64,000 nt of DNA from NCBI GenBank assembly GCA_964637185.1, contig CAZWVB010000002.1, positions 1,375 through 65,374 on the forward strand. Direction: 5' to 3'. A model generated the notes under the pieces. That model was not told the origin of the DNA. It did no database searches and saw only the letters and a program-made list of their open reading frames with translations. This DNA is from an uncultured Candidatus Saccharibacteria bacterium. Its GTDB lineage: Bacteria > Patescibacteriota > Saccharimonadia > CAILAD01 > BJGX01. Shown here in pieces: positions 29,287-37,841 of this stretch; position 1 is the stretch's first letter; the number at the start of each line of letters is the position of its first letter. The position numbers and the translations under genes were made by a program.

Positions 29287-30768
29287 CTAGTAGTGTATCC
29301 AGACTGGGGTACCAACTGGTGCCCAATTCCAAAGAAATGCTGCTGTTCCCGTCAACAGATTTACACAGCCGTGGCTGCCATTGTAGTGATATGCCTGGGT
29401 GCCGAACCACGACGGTGGTCGCCATGTTGCATCGTGCAGCCCATATCCGCCAGAGAATGGCATCCAATAAGATACAAATACATTGTAGTCATAGCCATAG
29501 ACAGCACCATTCAGATAGCGATTGCGTTCTTTGGTGTATATAGCAAATTGGCCCGTGACGGTTGGTGCGCCATCTTTGCCACTCACCACTGGGGCCGTCA
29601 TTACTACCTGGCCATTTTGCCAGGCGTAAAGTTGCTGATTGCTAAGATTAATCTCTATATACTGAGGATAATCCAGCCCGCCGATAGCCCCGCCAATGCG
29701 TTTGTATTCTGTTTTGTATGGCACTGGCGAGCTGCTAAGCGCAACAGTGGTGTTTTGGTTGTTGATAATAGCGGTATAGATAGCATCGGCCGCGGCAGAC
29801 TGATTGATAGCAGAACCGTCCTTACCGGCCTGTGTCTCTGACTCTTGCCCATTTAGCACGGTTATCTTACGGTTGGTAGGCGGTATATCCACCTGATTGG
29901 CTACAGATTGCAGATAGCCTAATATCTCAGCCTTGGATATATCAACCTTAAGTGCTTTCTGGCTGCCTTCTACCGAAGGCTCAAATACCAACCAATGCCC
30001 GATGTCGGCTCGACTGGGTGAAAAACTACGACCATTGTAGTTGAGAATATAGTTGCGACTCAAATAATTGTTGGTCTGGCTAAGGGCAGCTTCAGCAATT
30101 GACTTATTTATCGGCGCCTGAATAGCGGTAGGCCCAATGCTCACTGTAGTGTCACGCCCATCAGCCATTGCGCTGGTCAACACATTGGCTAACTGGCTTG
30201 GATCAATAGCAATTCCTGGTTGATCAGCAACTACACTAGGGTTACCATCCTCTATAACGATGGTGGCATTGACAGGATCCTTGCCCTTTTCCCCAACGGC
30301 CGCTGTTGCAAATTTCTTGAGTTGTGCCTGGTCAAATCTATAAGCTAACCCCAATTGCCCACGCTTGTGCATATCTAACAAACCAGTAAGTGCTATTGGG
30401 CCATTACGACCGACACTATAAGCTAGATCAGCTGTCTGAACTGGATCATAGCTAGCACCAAAATCACTGTTATTGGCTATTATTGCCTCATTACCAACCT
30501 TTACTGTAACGGTTCGAGTACCAGACTTCTTGCGTAGTAGTTCAATAGCCTGAGCTCTGGTTTTAAAACTCAGATCTGTGCCTGCCACACTCACGCCAGG
30601 ATATATCACACCAGAAGTAACACTAGCCACCACCGCATTGGCTAACACTAAAGTTCCTATCACTCCTAACAACACAAAAGCCAAACGGGCATATAGGTGA
30701 GGCTTTTGGCCGGATTTACTAAGCCCCTTGGGCAAACTCAAAAAATGTTTATAAGCAGGCACAGTCAT
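29287..30768 (-). CDS. L,D-transpeptidase (YkuD-family catalytic domain) with N-terminal membrane anchor and YoaR/VanW-like domains.
   Basis: 493 aa. N-terminal TM (LAFVLLGVIGTLVLANAVVASV). The C-terminal catalytic motif …YVFVSYWMPFSGGYGLHDATWR…GSHGCVNL (His…SHGC) is typical of YkuD L,D-transpeptidases. Confidence 0.75.
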   Translation of the reverse strand: MTVPAYKHFLSLPKGLSKSGQKPHLYARLAFVLLGVIGTLVLANAVVASVTSGVIYPGVSVAGTDLSFKTRAQAIELLRKKSGTRTVTVKVGNEAIIANNSDFGASYDPVQTADLAYSVGRNGPIALTGLLDMHKRGQLGLAYRFDQAQLKKFATAAVGEKGKDPVNATIVIEDGNPSVVADQPGIAIDPSQLANVLTSAMADGRDTTVSIGPTAIQAPINKSIAEAALSQTNNYLSRNYILNYNGRSFSPSRADIGHWLVFEPSVEGSQKALKVDISKAEILGYLQSVANQVDIPPTNRKITVLNGQESETQAGKDGSAINQSAAADAIYTAIINNQNTTVALSSSPVPYKTEYKRIGGAIGGLDYPQYIEINLSNQQLYAWQNGQVVMTAPVVSGKDGAPTVTGQFAIYTKERNRYLNGAVYGYDYNVFVSYWMPFSGGYGLHDATWRPPSWFGTQAYHYNGSHGCVNLLTGTAAFLWNWAPVGTPVWIHY

Positions 30769-30801
30769 TGGATATATTATACTGCTTATGATTTAACTAG
30801 G

Positions 30802-33531
30802 CTAGCAGACTTTGATATCAGCCAGAGATTCTAATTGAGATAATTTTGCGATAAATTTTTGTACGGCAGCATTGATATTCTTGGCATCAGGTTTTTCGCC
30901 AAGGTCCATTACTAGCTGTATGGTAATTCTTTTGCGGCGCTCTTTTTTGAGCTCGTCATCTTGATACTCACCAATATATTTCGCAATCACGATATCGCTT
31001 TGTTTGACAGCTACTGTACTAAAATCTTGCCATAACACTAACTGATTGCATTCCACCGTCAAATCCCTAAGCACGAGAGGGTAAGCAGGTAACTTTCGAA
31101 TAGTACGCTCTACCACCTGACTTCGCAAATCAGCAATATTGATTTCCAAATATGATAGCTCACGACGCACACCAAACGCAGTTGATACACGTGGATGTAG
31201 TTGTCCTATCACGCCTATCTCATGACCTTGATATTTAACAATCGCCTGACGGCCCTTTATCATGTCAGGGCGGTCACTACGATGCAACAGGCTATTATCA
31301 AACCCAATTTTATCTAACACGGCTTTGAGCCTGGTGTAGCTATCACTGCCAAAAGAAGTGGCTGCCAATGCCCAATTCTCACCAACTTTTGTGGGTTTGT
31401 TGAGCCAACTTTGTATTCTTGAGATCTCAAAAAATAGTCCGGATTCAGTGTCGGCTTGATTATTGCGAACCACCTGTAGATGACTTGGCATCAAACTAGT
31501 GCGGATCAAAGCCTGTTCTTTTTGCAACGGGTTGGCAACTGCTAGCGCATTATCAATATTTACACCAACCATATTTAGTGCCTCTTCAGATACAAAAGAG
31601 TATGTTACAACCTCTTGAGCTCCAATGTCTACCAACTGCTGTTTAAGTCTAAGAATATTAATAAGCTGCTGATGAGAGCCTGTCGGGGTAGGTGGCAAAC
31701 TTGGCAAAGTGTCAGGCATATTATCATAGCCGACTATTTTAACTGATTCCTCTATCAAGTCTTCTTCCAACTTGATGTCACTACGCCACCACGGCACCTG
31801 GACGGCTATGATATGGTTGAAACTATCCAAATATCTACGGGCCCCGATGTAGCCTCGACGTTGCTTAAATTCCTGCAAAGATGTATATCTTACTTTGCCA
31901 ACACTTTTTTTGGCTTCTATAACCTTATTGCTACCCAAAAACATGGCTACATGGCTGACATTGTGACGCTGTTTGGCCAATTTGGGGTCACTGATGCCAC
32001 CTGCTACAAACAACAGATCACCTGGCTTGAGTCTATCTCCGTCAGTAAGCTCACGACCGTTGGTAGACTGCTGATAAGCACTGTGGCCTATCATCAAACC
32101 TAGCTTGGAGTAAATCCGCTCGGTTAGGTAGCTACAATCAAATGCTTCCTCGCCATCCACTTTATACGACGCACCCCACTTATATGGTTTGCCGAGGTGT
32201 TTTTTGGCCTCAGCTGTCAGCGAGAAATGCTCAGCTTCAAAGCCACGCTTTGTCAGGCCATCCAAGATTTGTTTTTCATCCACCTCCATGCCTAGTATCT
32301 TCTCAGCCCGGCGCATTCGCATTGCAGCCAGCTGGACCCAAGGCCAGACATACAATTGATCGTGCGGTGCCTCAAGCATCTCAGCATCACAAATTTCGGT
32401 CATCAATTCTACTAGTCGATTGGCAGCGACCGGTTGAAGGGGGAGTGGTAAGCCGCGCTCAAATCTAGAGCTTGCTTCGGTGCGCACACTATTACGTAGC
32501 GCCGATTTACGCACGACAGTTTTATCAAAATTTGCCACTTCTAAAACCACCTCTGTGGTGTTCGTATCGCATTCGGTATCACTGCCACCGATCACGCCAG
32601 CAATGCCAACGACCTTTTTACTATCGGCTATTACCAAGTCATCTTTCACCAGTTGACGCGTTTTACCATCCAAGCAGGGAAGTGACTCGCCAGCTTTTGC
32701 CCATCGTACCTGCAGATCGTCTTGTAGTTTATTAGCATCGTAGGCATGGCTGGGCTGCCCATATTCCAACATTACAAAATTGGTAATATCAACCACTGGG
32801 TTGATACTACGTAGCCCGTTTGACTCCAAGTTATCCACAAGCCACTTGGGTGTTGGCTTGGCATTGTTTAACTTAAGATGCACCGTAATCATCCTGCTGC
32901 AAACTTTGGTATCCTCTATTTTTACTCGCTCTTTTTTATCGTAGTCCAAGTCCTCCTGCTTGGGTTCTGCCAACTGGCACGGCCTATGGGAATTGGCCGA
33001 AATTTCACGGGCCAATCCAATCAATGACAAGGTATCCCAACGATTCGGATGGGTCTTGATGTCCAGGATATCTCCAAAATTCTCTATGTCGCACAATGAT
33101 TTACCAAGCGGTAGGTCAGGGGAAAGTTCCATCAGCCCGTTGTGGTCATCGTTAATACCAAGCTCTGCTGCCGAGCACAGCATGCCCTCGCTCAGCTCGC
33201 CACGAATCTTAGCTTTGGCTATTTTGGTTTGGTCGGGCAACACTGCGCCAACTTTTGCCAATACCACAATTTGATCTTCTGCTAAATTGGGTGCGCCACA
33301 CACAATGTGATAGGTTTTTTTACTGTCGGTCACTAGCGCTAGCCTCAGTCGATCGGCATTTGGATGTGGGTTTACTTCCAATACTTGTGCAACTATTACA
33401 AGCTCGTCCCAGATCGGTGGCTTGATTACTTCTTCAAGTTCGATTTCTGTTCGTTCTATAGCCTGCGCAATTTCATCAGTGGATAAGGCTGGCTTGAGAT
33501 ATTTATTGAGTGAATATATGCTGATTTTCAT
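30802..33531 (-). CDS. pheT: Phenylalanine--tRNA ligase beta subunit, carrying a ~130-aa NlpC/P60-like insertion in the B5 domain.
   Basis: 909 aa. N-terminal tRNA-binding and B3/B4 regions. The B5 signature is split: …ILDGLTKRGFEAE [insertion] …VQVPWWRSDIKLEEDLIEESVKIVGYDNMP. The insertion KPYKWGASYKVDGEEAFDCSYLTERIY…GDLLFVAGG…SHVAMFLGSNKVIEAKK has the NlpC/P60 Cys…His…polar arrangement. The C-terminal FDX-ACB-like domain is present. Confidence 0.85.
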   Translation of the reverse strand: MKISIYSLNKYLKPALSTDEIAQAIERTEIELEEVIKPPIWDELVIVAQVLEVNPHPNADRLRLALVTDSKKTYHIVCGAPNLAEDQIVVLAKVGAVLPDQTKIAKAKIRGELSEGMLCSAAELGINDDHNGLMELSPDLPLGKSLCDIENFGDILDIKTHPNRWDTLSLIGLAREISANSHRPCQLAEPKQEDLDYDKKERVKIEDTKVCSRMITVHLKLNNAKPTPKWLVDNLESNGLRSINPVVDITNFVMLEYGQPSHAYDANKLQDDLQVRWAKAGESLPCLDGKTRQLVKDDLVIADSKKVVGIAGVIGGSDTECDTNTTEVVLEVANFDKTVVRKSALRNSVRTEASSRFERGLPLPLQPVAANRLVELMTEICDAEMLEAPHDQLYVWPWVQLAAMRMRRAEKILGMEVDEKQILDGLTKRGFEAEHFSLTAEAKKHLGKPYKWGASYKVDGEEAFDCSYLTERIYSKLGLMIGHSAYQQSTNGRELTDGDRLKPGDLLFVAGGISDPKLAKQRHNVSHVAMFLGSNKVIEAKKSVGKVRYTSLQEFKQRRGYIGARRYLDSFNHIIAVQVPWWRSDIKLEEDLIEESVKIVGYDNMPDTLPSLPPTPTGSHQQLINILRLKQQLVDIGAQEVVTYSFVSEEALNMVGVNIDNALAVANPLQKEQALIRTSLMPSHLQVVRNNQADTESGLFFEISRIQSWLNKPTKVGENWALAATSFGSDSYTRLKAVLDKIGFDNSLLHRSDRPDMIKGRQAIVKYQGHEIGVIGQLHPRVSTAFGVRRELSYLEINIADLRSQVVERTIRKLPAYPLVLRDLTVECNQLVLWQDFSTVAVKQSDIVIAKYIGEYQDDELKKERRKRITIQLVMDLGEKPDAKNINAAVQKFIAKLSQLESLADIKVC

Positions 33532-33540
33532 ATTGTTAGC

Positions 33541-34521
33541 CTAAAATTGTGATAGATACCTCAGATTGGGTCGCCAGAGTTGGCGAATATCATTGAGCCC
33601 ATACCTAATAGCTGCAAAACGCTCAGGCCCCCAACCAAAGGCAAAACCACTGTATTTCTCAGGATCTATTCCCCCATTGTTCAACACTTGTGGGTGCACC
33701 ATGCCAGCACCACCGAGTTCTAGCCATTTTCCATTGTGCCAACCGTCAAATTCTACTGATGGCTCAGTGTACGGAAAGTAGTTGGCGCGAAATCTGATCT
33801 TAGCATCCTCCCCAAGTAGTCGCTGCATTACTCTAGTCAATGTGCCTTTAAGATCAGACATACTTACACCCTCGCCCACTACGAGGCCTTCCACCTGATA
33901 AAACTCCCATGAGTGAGTAGCGTCTTCGTCTTCATTGCGAAATACCTTACCTGGTACTATTATTTTAAATGGCGGCTTGTTTTGCTCCATATATCTGACT
34001 TGCATACCTGATGTATGGGTGCGTGGCAGTAGATCTAGCTTGGGGGTATCTATGTAGAAGGTATCTTGCATATCACGAGCAGGATGATCAGGTGCAATAT
34101 TCAAAGCCTCGAAGTTATACCAGTCAGTCTCGATTTCATTACTATCTACGATAGCAAACCCCAACTCTGTAAACACCTGATATGTCTCAGCAAGCATTTG
34201 AGTGGTTGGGTGTAGAGCGGCCTTGTTGTTTTCTATTTTACCTGGGGCTGATACGTCTATGGGGTCAAATTCCAAATCAGATTCGATATTTGCCAATCTA
34301 GCTTGAAACAACCCCTCCAGCTTTGACTTGAGTTGATTGATTTGCGCACCTGCTACTGCGCGTTCACCCTGATCTGTCTTTTTTAGGTCTTTCAGGAGAC
34401 GAGCCACCAAACCATCACTCCCGAGATATTGGCTTTTTACATCCAAAAGCTCATTCTTAGTTGTGGCAGCATCGGCCTTACTTTTGGCCTTTCCTAGATC
34501 AGCTTCCCATTGTTTATTCAT
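33541..34521 (-). CDS. pheS: Phenylalanine--tRNA ligase alpha subunit
   Basis: 326 aa. Class II motifs (…HPTTQ…, NIAPDHPARDMQDTFY, GWGPERFAAI…) with typical spacing. Lies immediately upstream of pheT. Confidence 0.9.
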   Translation of the reverse strand: MNKQWEADLGKAKSKADAATTKNELLDVKSQYLGSDGLVARLLKDLKKTDQGERAVAGAQINQLKSKLEGLFQARLANIESDLEFDPIDVSAPGKIENNKAALHPTTQMLAETYQVFTELGFAIVDSNEIETDWYNFEALNIAPDHPARDMQDTFYIDTPKLDLLPRTHTSGMQVRYMEQNKPPFKIIVPGKVFRNEDEDATHSWEFYQVEGLVVGEGVSMSDLKGTLTRVMQRLLGEDAKIRFRANYFPYTEPSVEFDGWHNGKWLELGGAGMVHPQVLNNGGIDPEKYSGFAFGWGPERFAAIRYGLNDIRQLWRPNLRYLSQF

Positions 34522-34991
34522 TGTTCTGTTTTGCTCCTTGTACGAAAATACAGTTCGATAATTACCACAGTCAAAATAAACAAAATCATATCACGAATAG
34601 TAAGACTCTTCAAACTCATCAATCCAATAAGCAACGTCAAGCAAAGTGAGCTTAGCAACCCTACCCTCAAACCATCTTTCAAACATTGATTATGCTTTTC
34701 GCGCCAGGTTTGTTTTCTCATACGCCAAATGTAAAAAATCATGCTAATTAGTGAAGCCGCAAATACAAAAAAGAATAGAAACCAAATAGTTACACCAACT
34801 GGTCCAAGCTGTTTTGGTGAGGTTGCACCAATCAAATAGCCCAGAACTGCTCCAGTAATCGTTACCACTATCAGCTGTATTATCATAGGTAGCCAAATAG
34901 ATCGATTCTTCATAACTACAATTATCTCACGATTTTGATAAGGTTTGTATATCTTGACGTAGCAACATTCAGCTGTGGATATGTCGAACAC
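34518..34991 (-). CDS. Small polytopic membrane protein of unknown function, with four predicted TM helices.
   Basis: 157 aa. Overlaps the pheS start by 4 nt. Hydrophobic helices (LPMIIQLIVVTITGAVLGYLIGA; VTIWFLFFFVFAASLISMIFYIW; LLSSLCLTLLIGLMSL; ILFILTVVIIELYF). The true start may be the internal Met (MKNRS…). Confidence 0.4.
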   Translation of the reverse strand: MFDISTAECCYVKIYKPYQNREIIVVMKNRSIWLPMIIQLIVVTITGAVLGYLIGATSPKQLGPVGVTIWFLFFFVFAASLISMIFYIWRMRKQTWREKHNQCLKDGLRVGLLSSLCLTLLIGLMSLKSLTIRDMILFILTVVIIELYFRTRSKTEQ

Positions 34992-35139
34992 ACATATTAT
35001 TTAAATAAAAGGTGCAGTATATCGTACACAAAGATTGTTCTAAATGCGTGAACAACATATTTATATCGTCAGCGTAATATCATTTCAGTGCATACACATT
35101 ATTTTTGTTATCTAGCTGTAACACTAATGTCACAATCTC

Positions 35140-35638
35140 CAAACAAAAAACCACCCGTTTGGGTGGTTTCTAATAAATACTTGGTTACGGGCCGACGCAT
35201 CCACTCTTTATAGATGTTATGAAACAACATTAGCGGGCATCGGCCCGGAGCATGACTCTCAATCAGAGATCGAAAGTCATAGAGAGGTCGGTCGTTCTAT
35301 TTCACTTGTATGTAATACCCTCCTGGCGTTAAGTGTTGTAGATCATCCGACTGGCTTCCCAACCATTCGTTTGGCAGCCAGCCAGATCTCGCGCCCCGAA
35401 ACATCGAGACGCAAGTACTGGCCAGCTCCGGCAGAATGGAAAAAAGCGAGTGCTTATTTTGGTCCAAGGCAAAAGCACTACCACTCCTAGAACAGTAGGG
35501 AAAATTCGGCGCTAAAAACAAGGGGGCTGTTCTTAGTGCCGAAGTTACCCTACTGTACACTCAACAGCTTTGTAGTTCAGCTGTTATTTTTTGTTGGCTG
35601 CAAGCAAGTTTTGTTTTTGTTTTTAATGAGCTACGTTT
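35140..35638 (-). ncRNA. Candidate structured non-coding RNA of about 500 nt, class undetermined, with its own promoter and intrinsic terminator.
   Basis: This is a 734-nt 'intergenic' gap in an otherwise gap-free region, and its GC is clearly above the flanks. Minus-strand sigma70-like promoter: TTGACT (rc of 35668–35673), 17 nt, TATACT (rc of 35645–35650). Minus-strand intrinsic terminator: AAACCACCCAAACGGGUGGUUUUUUGUUUGG (about 35140–35171). Between them lie many long perfectly complementary segments, for example ACAGUAGGG…CCCUACUGU, CGGGCCGAUGC…GCGUCGGCCCG, AGUGCUU…AAGCACU. The only ORF in it starts with GTG and has no RBS. Confidence 0.45.
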
Positions 35639-35644
35639 AAAGAT

Positions 35645-35673
35645 AGTATAGCATAGTGCTTATGCTTAGTCAA
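35645..35673 (-). promoter_or_regulatory. Sigma70-like promoter (TTGACT-17-TATACT) driving the candidate ncRNA on the minus strand.
   Basis: The hexamers are read on the minus strand, with 17-nt spacing. They lie about 50 nt downstream of the trpS stop and upstream of the GC-rich structured segment. Confidence 0.4.
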
Positions 35674-35725
35674 CTACTTTTGATGTATTTTATTACTTTT
35701 ACTCGAGAGAAAACTGGTGACTTTT

Positions 35726-36706
35726 TTACAACAAACCAATCTTTTCTTTTACTTCTGCAAGTTTTGGATTGGCTATGGCAGATGCTTTGCGGGCTCCGTC
35801 AGCAATAATTGACTTCAACTTTTCCTCATTACTCATAAGTTCTCTAAATCTTTTCTGCAAAGGCATTAATTCACCTATTAGTGTTTGGGCGAGGTCTTTT
35901 TTGAAGTCCCCATAACCTTTGCCTGCGTATTTCTTCTCAATTTCTATCACATCGACTTTTGTTATTGCTGAGTATATCTGTAATAAATTTGTCAGGGCTG
36001 GCTTGTCATCGCTTGACTGTACCTCAGCTCCAGAATCAGTCATAGCTTGTTTAACCTTTGTTGATATTTGATCTTCGCTGTCGAGCAACAGTATACTTCC
36101 AGATGATTCTTCACTCTTACTCATTTTGCGGTTTGGGTCTTGCAAGCTCATTATCCTAGCTCCCACTTCTCTTACCAAAGGACGCGGGACTACGAATGTT
36201 TTTCCATATAGGTTGTTAAACCTATCAGCAACATCTCGTGCCAGCTCAACATGCTGCTTCTGATCCTCCCCTGTTGGCACAAAATCAGCACTGTAAAGCA
36301 ATATATCTGAGGCCATTAGTATTGGGTAGGTAAATAAGGCCACTATCTGTCCAGCGTCTCCATTACGGCTGCTTTTATCTTTATACTGAGTCTGCCTAGA
36401 TAGCTCACCCATAGTGACGTAATTGTTTAATATCCAGCAAAGTTCGGCATGAGCAGTTACATCAGACTGTACAAACAGTATACTTTTGTCAGTATCGATG
36501 CCCGCTGCAATCAACCATGCAACATTCGCAAGTGTCTCCCTTCTCAATCGCTCTGGATTTGGGCGAACATTCAAAGAGTGTAGATCTGGAACAAAGTAAA
36601 TTGTTTCGCCTTCTTGCTGGTATTCTACCCACGGCTTAATAGCACCTAGGTAGTTGCCGATATGAAGATTCCCAGTAGCTTGTATACCCGAATAGTAACG
36701 TTTCAT
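35726..36706 (-). CDS. trpS: Tryptophan--tRNA ligase
   Basis: 326 aa. HIGH-type motif (GIQATGNLHIGNYLGAI) and KMSKS motif (NRKMSKSEESSG). Size typical of bacterial TrpRS. Confidence 0.9.
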   Translation of the reverse strand: MKRYYSGIQATGNLHIGNYLGAIKPWVEYQQEGETIYFVPDLHSLNVRPNPERLRRETLANVAWLIAAGIDTDKSILFVQSDVTAHAELCWILNNYVTMGELSRQTQYKDKSSRNGDAGQIVALFTYPILMASDILLYSADFVPTGEDQKQHVELARDVADRFNNLYGKTFVVPRPLVREVGARIMSLQDPNRKMSKSEESSGSILLLDSEDQISTKVKQAMTDSGAEVQSSDDKPALTNLLQIYSAITKVDVIEIEKKYAGKGYGDFKKDLAQTLIGELMPLQKRFRELMSNEEKLKSIIADGARKASAIANPKLAEVKEKIGLL

Positions 36707-36722
36707 ATCAATACATTATACA

Positions 36723-37796
36723 CTAGTCATCTAACTGCGGCTTATCCAACACGATCTGTTCGACCGACTCCTCGCTGGTAGCAATTTTGACCACATCTTT
36801 GTCCACTTTCTTAAGCTCTTTGTGGGCGTTATTATAATGATTTACCGTAGTACCCAGCGAATTGCCCAGTTTTTGCATGTATTGGTCGTAGTTGGCCAAA
36901 TGTTTACCAAGCTGCCCCACTCTCAACTGGATCTCCTTAGCCTGCTCCTCGATCTGTAAGCTGCGCAAACCCTGCAACACAGTCTGTAAATAAGCCATAA
37001 ACGAGGTAGGTGACACAATTATCACGTGCTTGTCGCGAAATGCATACTCTATAAGATCCTGTGAGCTAGTTTGCATACTCCCCACCTTGTTTATCAATAG
37101 ATCATAATAAATAGCTTCTGAGGGAATAAACATAAAAGCAAAATCCATAGTACTCTCGCTAGGCCTGATATATTTACTTGTTTCATCAATCCTAGTCTTA
37201 AGATCGGTTTTAAATTGCTTGACTAGTAGCTCTCGACGACTTTTATCACTTTCTTCGATCACTCTGTTGTAATTTTCCAAACTAAACTTCGAATCCACTG
37301 GTAGTATCTTGCCTTTTTCCAGCTTTATCACCGCGTCCACTGTTTCACCATCCCGAAACTTGTATTGCAAAGCATACCTATCTGGTGGAAGAACATTTTT
37401 GAGCACTGTATCAAGATAATACTCTCCCAATACACCGCGCTGCTTTGGATTTTGTAGTACGTTTTGCAACGTTTTGAGCTCGTCGGCAACATCTACTACC
37501 CTGCGATTGGTCTCATCAAGCTTGGTAAGGCGCTCCGTTACGTCGGCTATCAATCTAGCTGATTGGCCTATCTGCCTTTGCAGGTTGGCCTGCATAGCCT
37601 CACTATTACGGTCGAGCCTGTCACTTACCTGAGAGTGAGTTTGATTTAGGGCATTTTGAATGCCCTGCAGATCAGCCTTGAGCAGCTGTAGACTATCACC
37701 ACCAATTTGGGTAGTGGGCTTCTTGTATATCAGGTAGATGATGATTCCAAACCCACCTAGTAACACCAAAATAAGTAATACCAATAGTGTATTCAT
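36723..37796 (-). CDS. rmuC: DNA recombination protein RmuC-family
   Basis: 357 aa. N-terminal TM helix, a long coiled-coil, and the RmuC C-terminal signature …MDFAFMFIPSEAIYYDLL…. Confidence 0.65.
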   Translation of the reverse strand: MNTLLVLLILVLLGGFGIIIYLIYKKPTTQIGGDSLQLLKADLQGIQNALNQTHSQVSDRLDRNSEAMQANLQRQIGQSARLIADVTERLTKLDETNRRVVDVADELKTLQNVLQNPKQRGVLGEYYLDTVLKNVLPPDRYALQYKFRDGETVDAVIKLEKGKILPVDSKFSLENYNRVIEESDKSRRELLVKQFKTDLKTRIDETSKYIRPSESTMDFAFMFIPSEAIYYDLLINKVGSMQTSSQDLIEYAFRDKHVIIVSPTSFMAYLQTVLQGLRSLQIEEQAKEIQLRVGQLGKHLANYDQYMQKLGNSLGTTVNHYNNAHKELKKVDKDVVKIATSEESVEQIVLDKPQLDD

Positions 37797-37841
37797 AGTT
37801 ATTATTATAATCTATGATGCTTTACGAACACAATACGAAAT

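Noticed and set aside
35297-35560. 87-aa minus-strand ORF inside the 35.1–35.7 kb gap
   Set aside because: It starts with GTG, has no SD, shows no similarity to anything and has biased composition. The region is better explained as structured RNA with its own promoter and terminator.
35140-35640. Possible RNase P RNA, T-box leader or SRP RNA identity for the structured region
   Set aside because: A short stretch (AGUCAUGCUCCGGGCC…GAUGCCCGC) resembles type-B RNase P CR-I, but it sits near the 3' end of the transcript and the other conserved regions (GGUAAGAGC/ACAGAA.CGG) are absent. There is no T-box sequence (GGUACCGCG). There is no SRP domain-IV motif (GGAAGCAGC). Class left undetermined.
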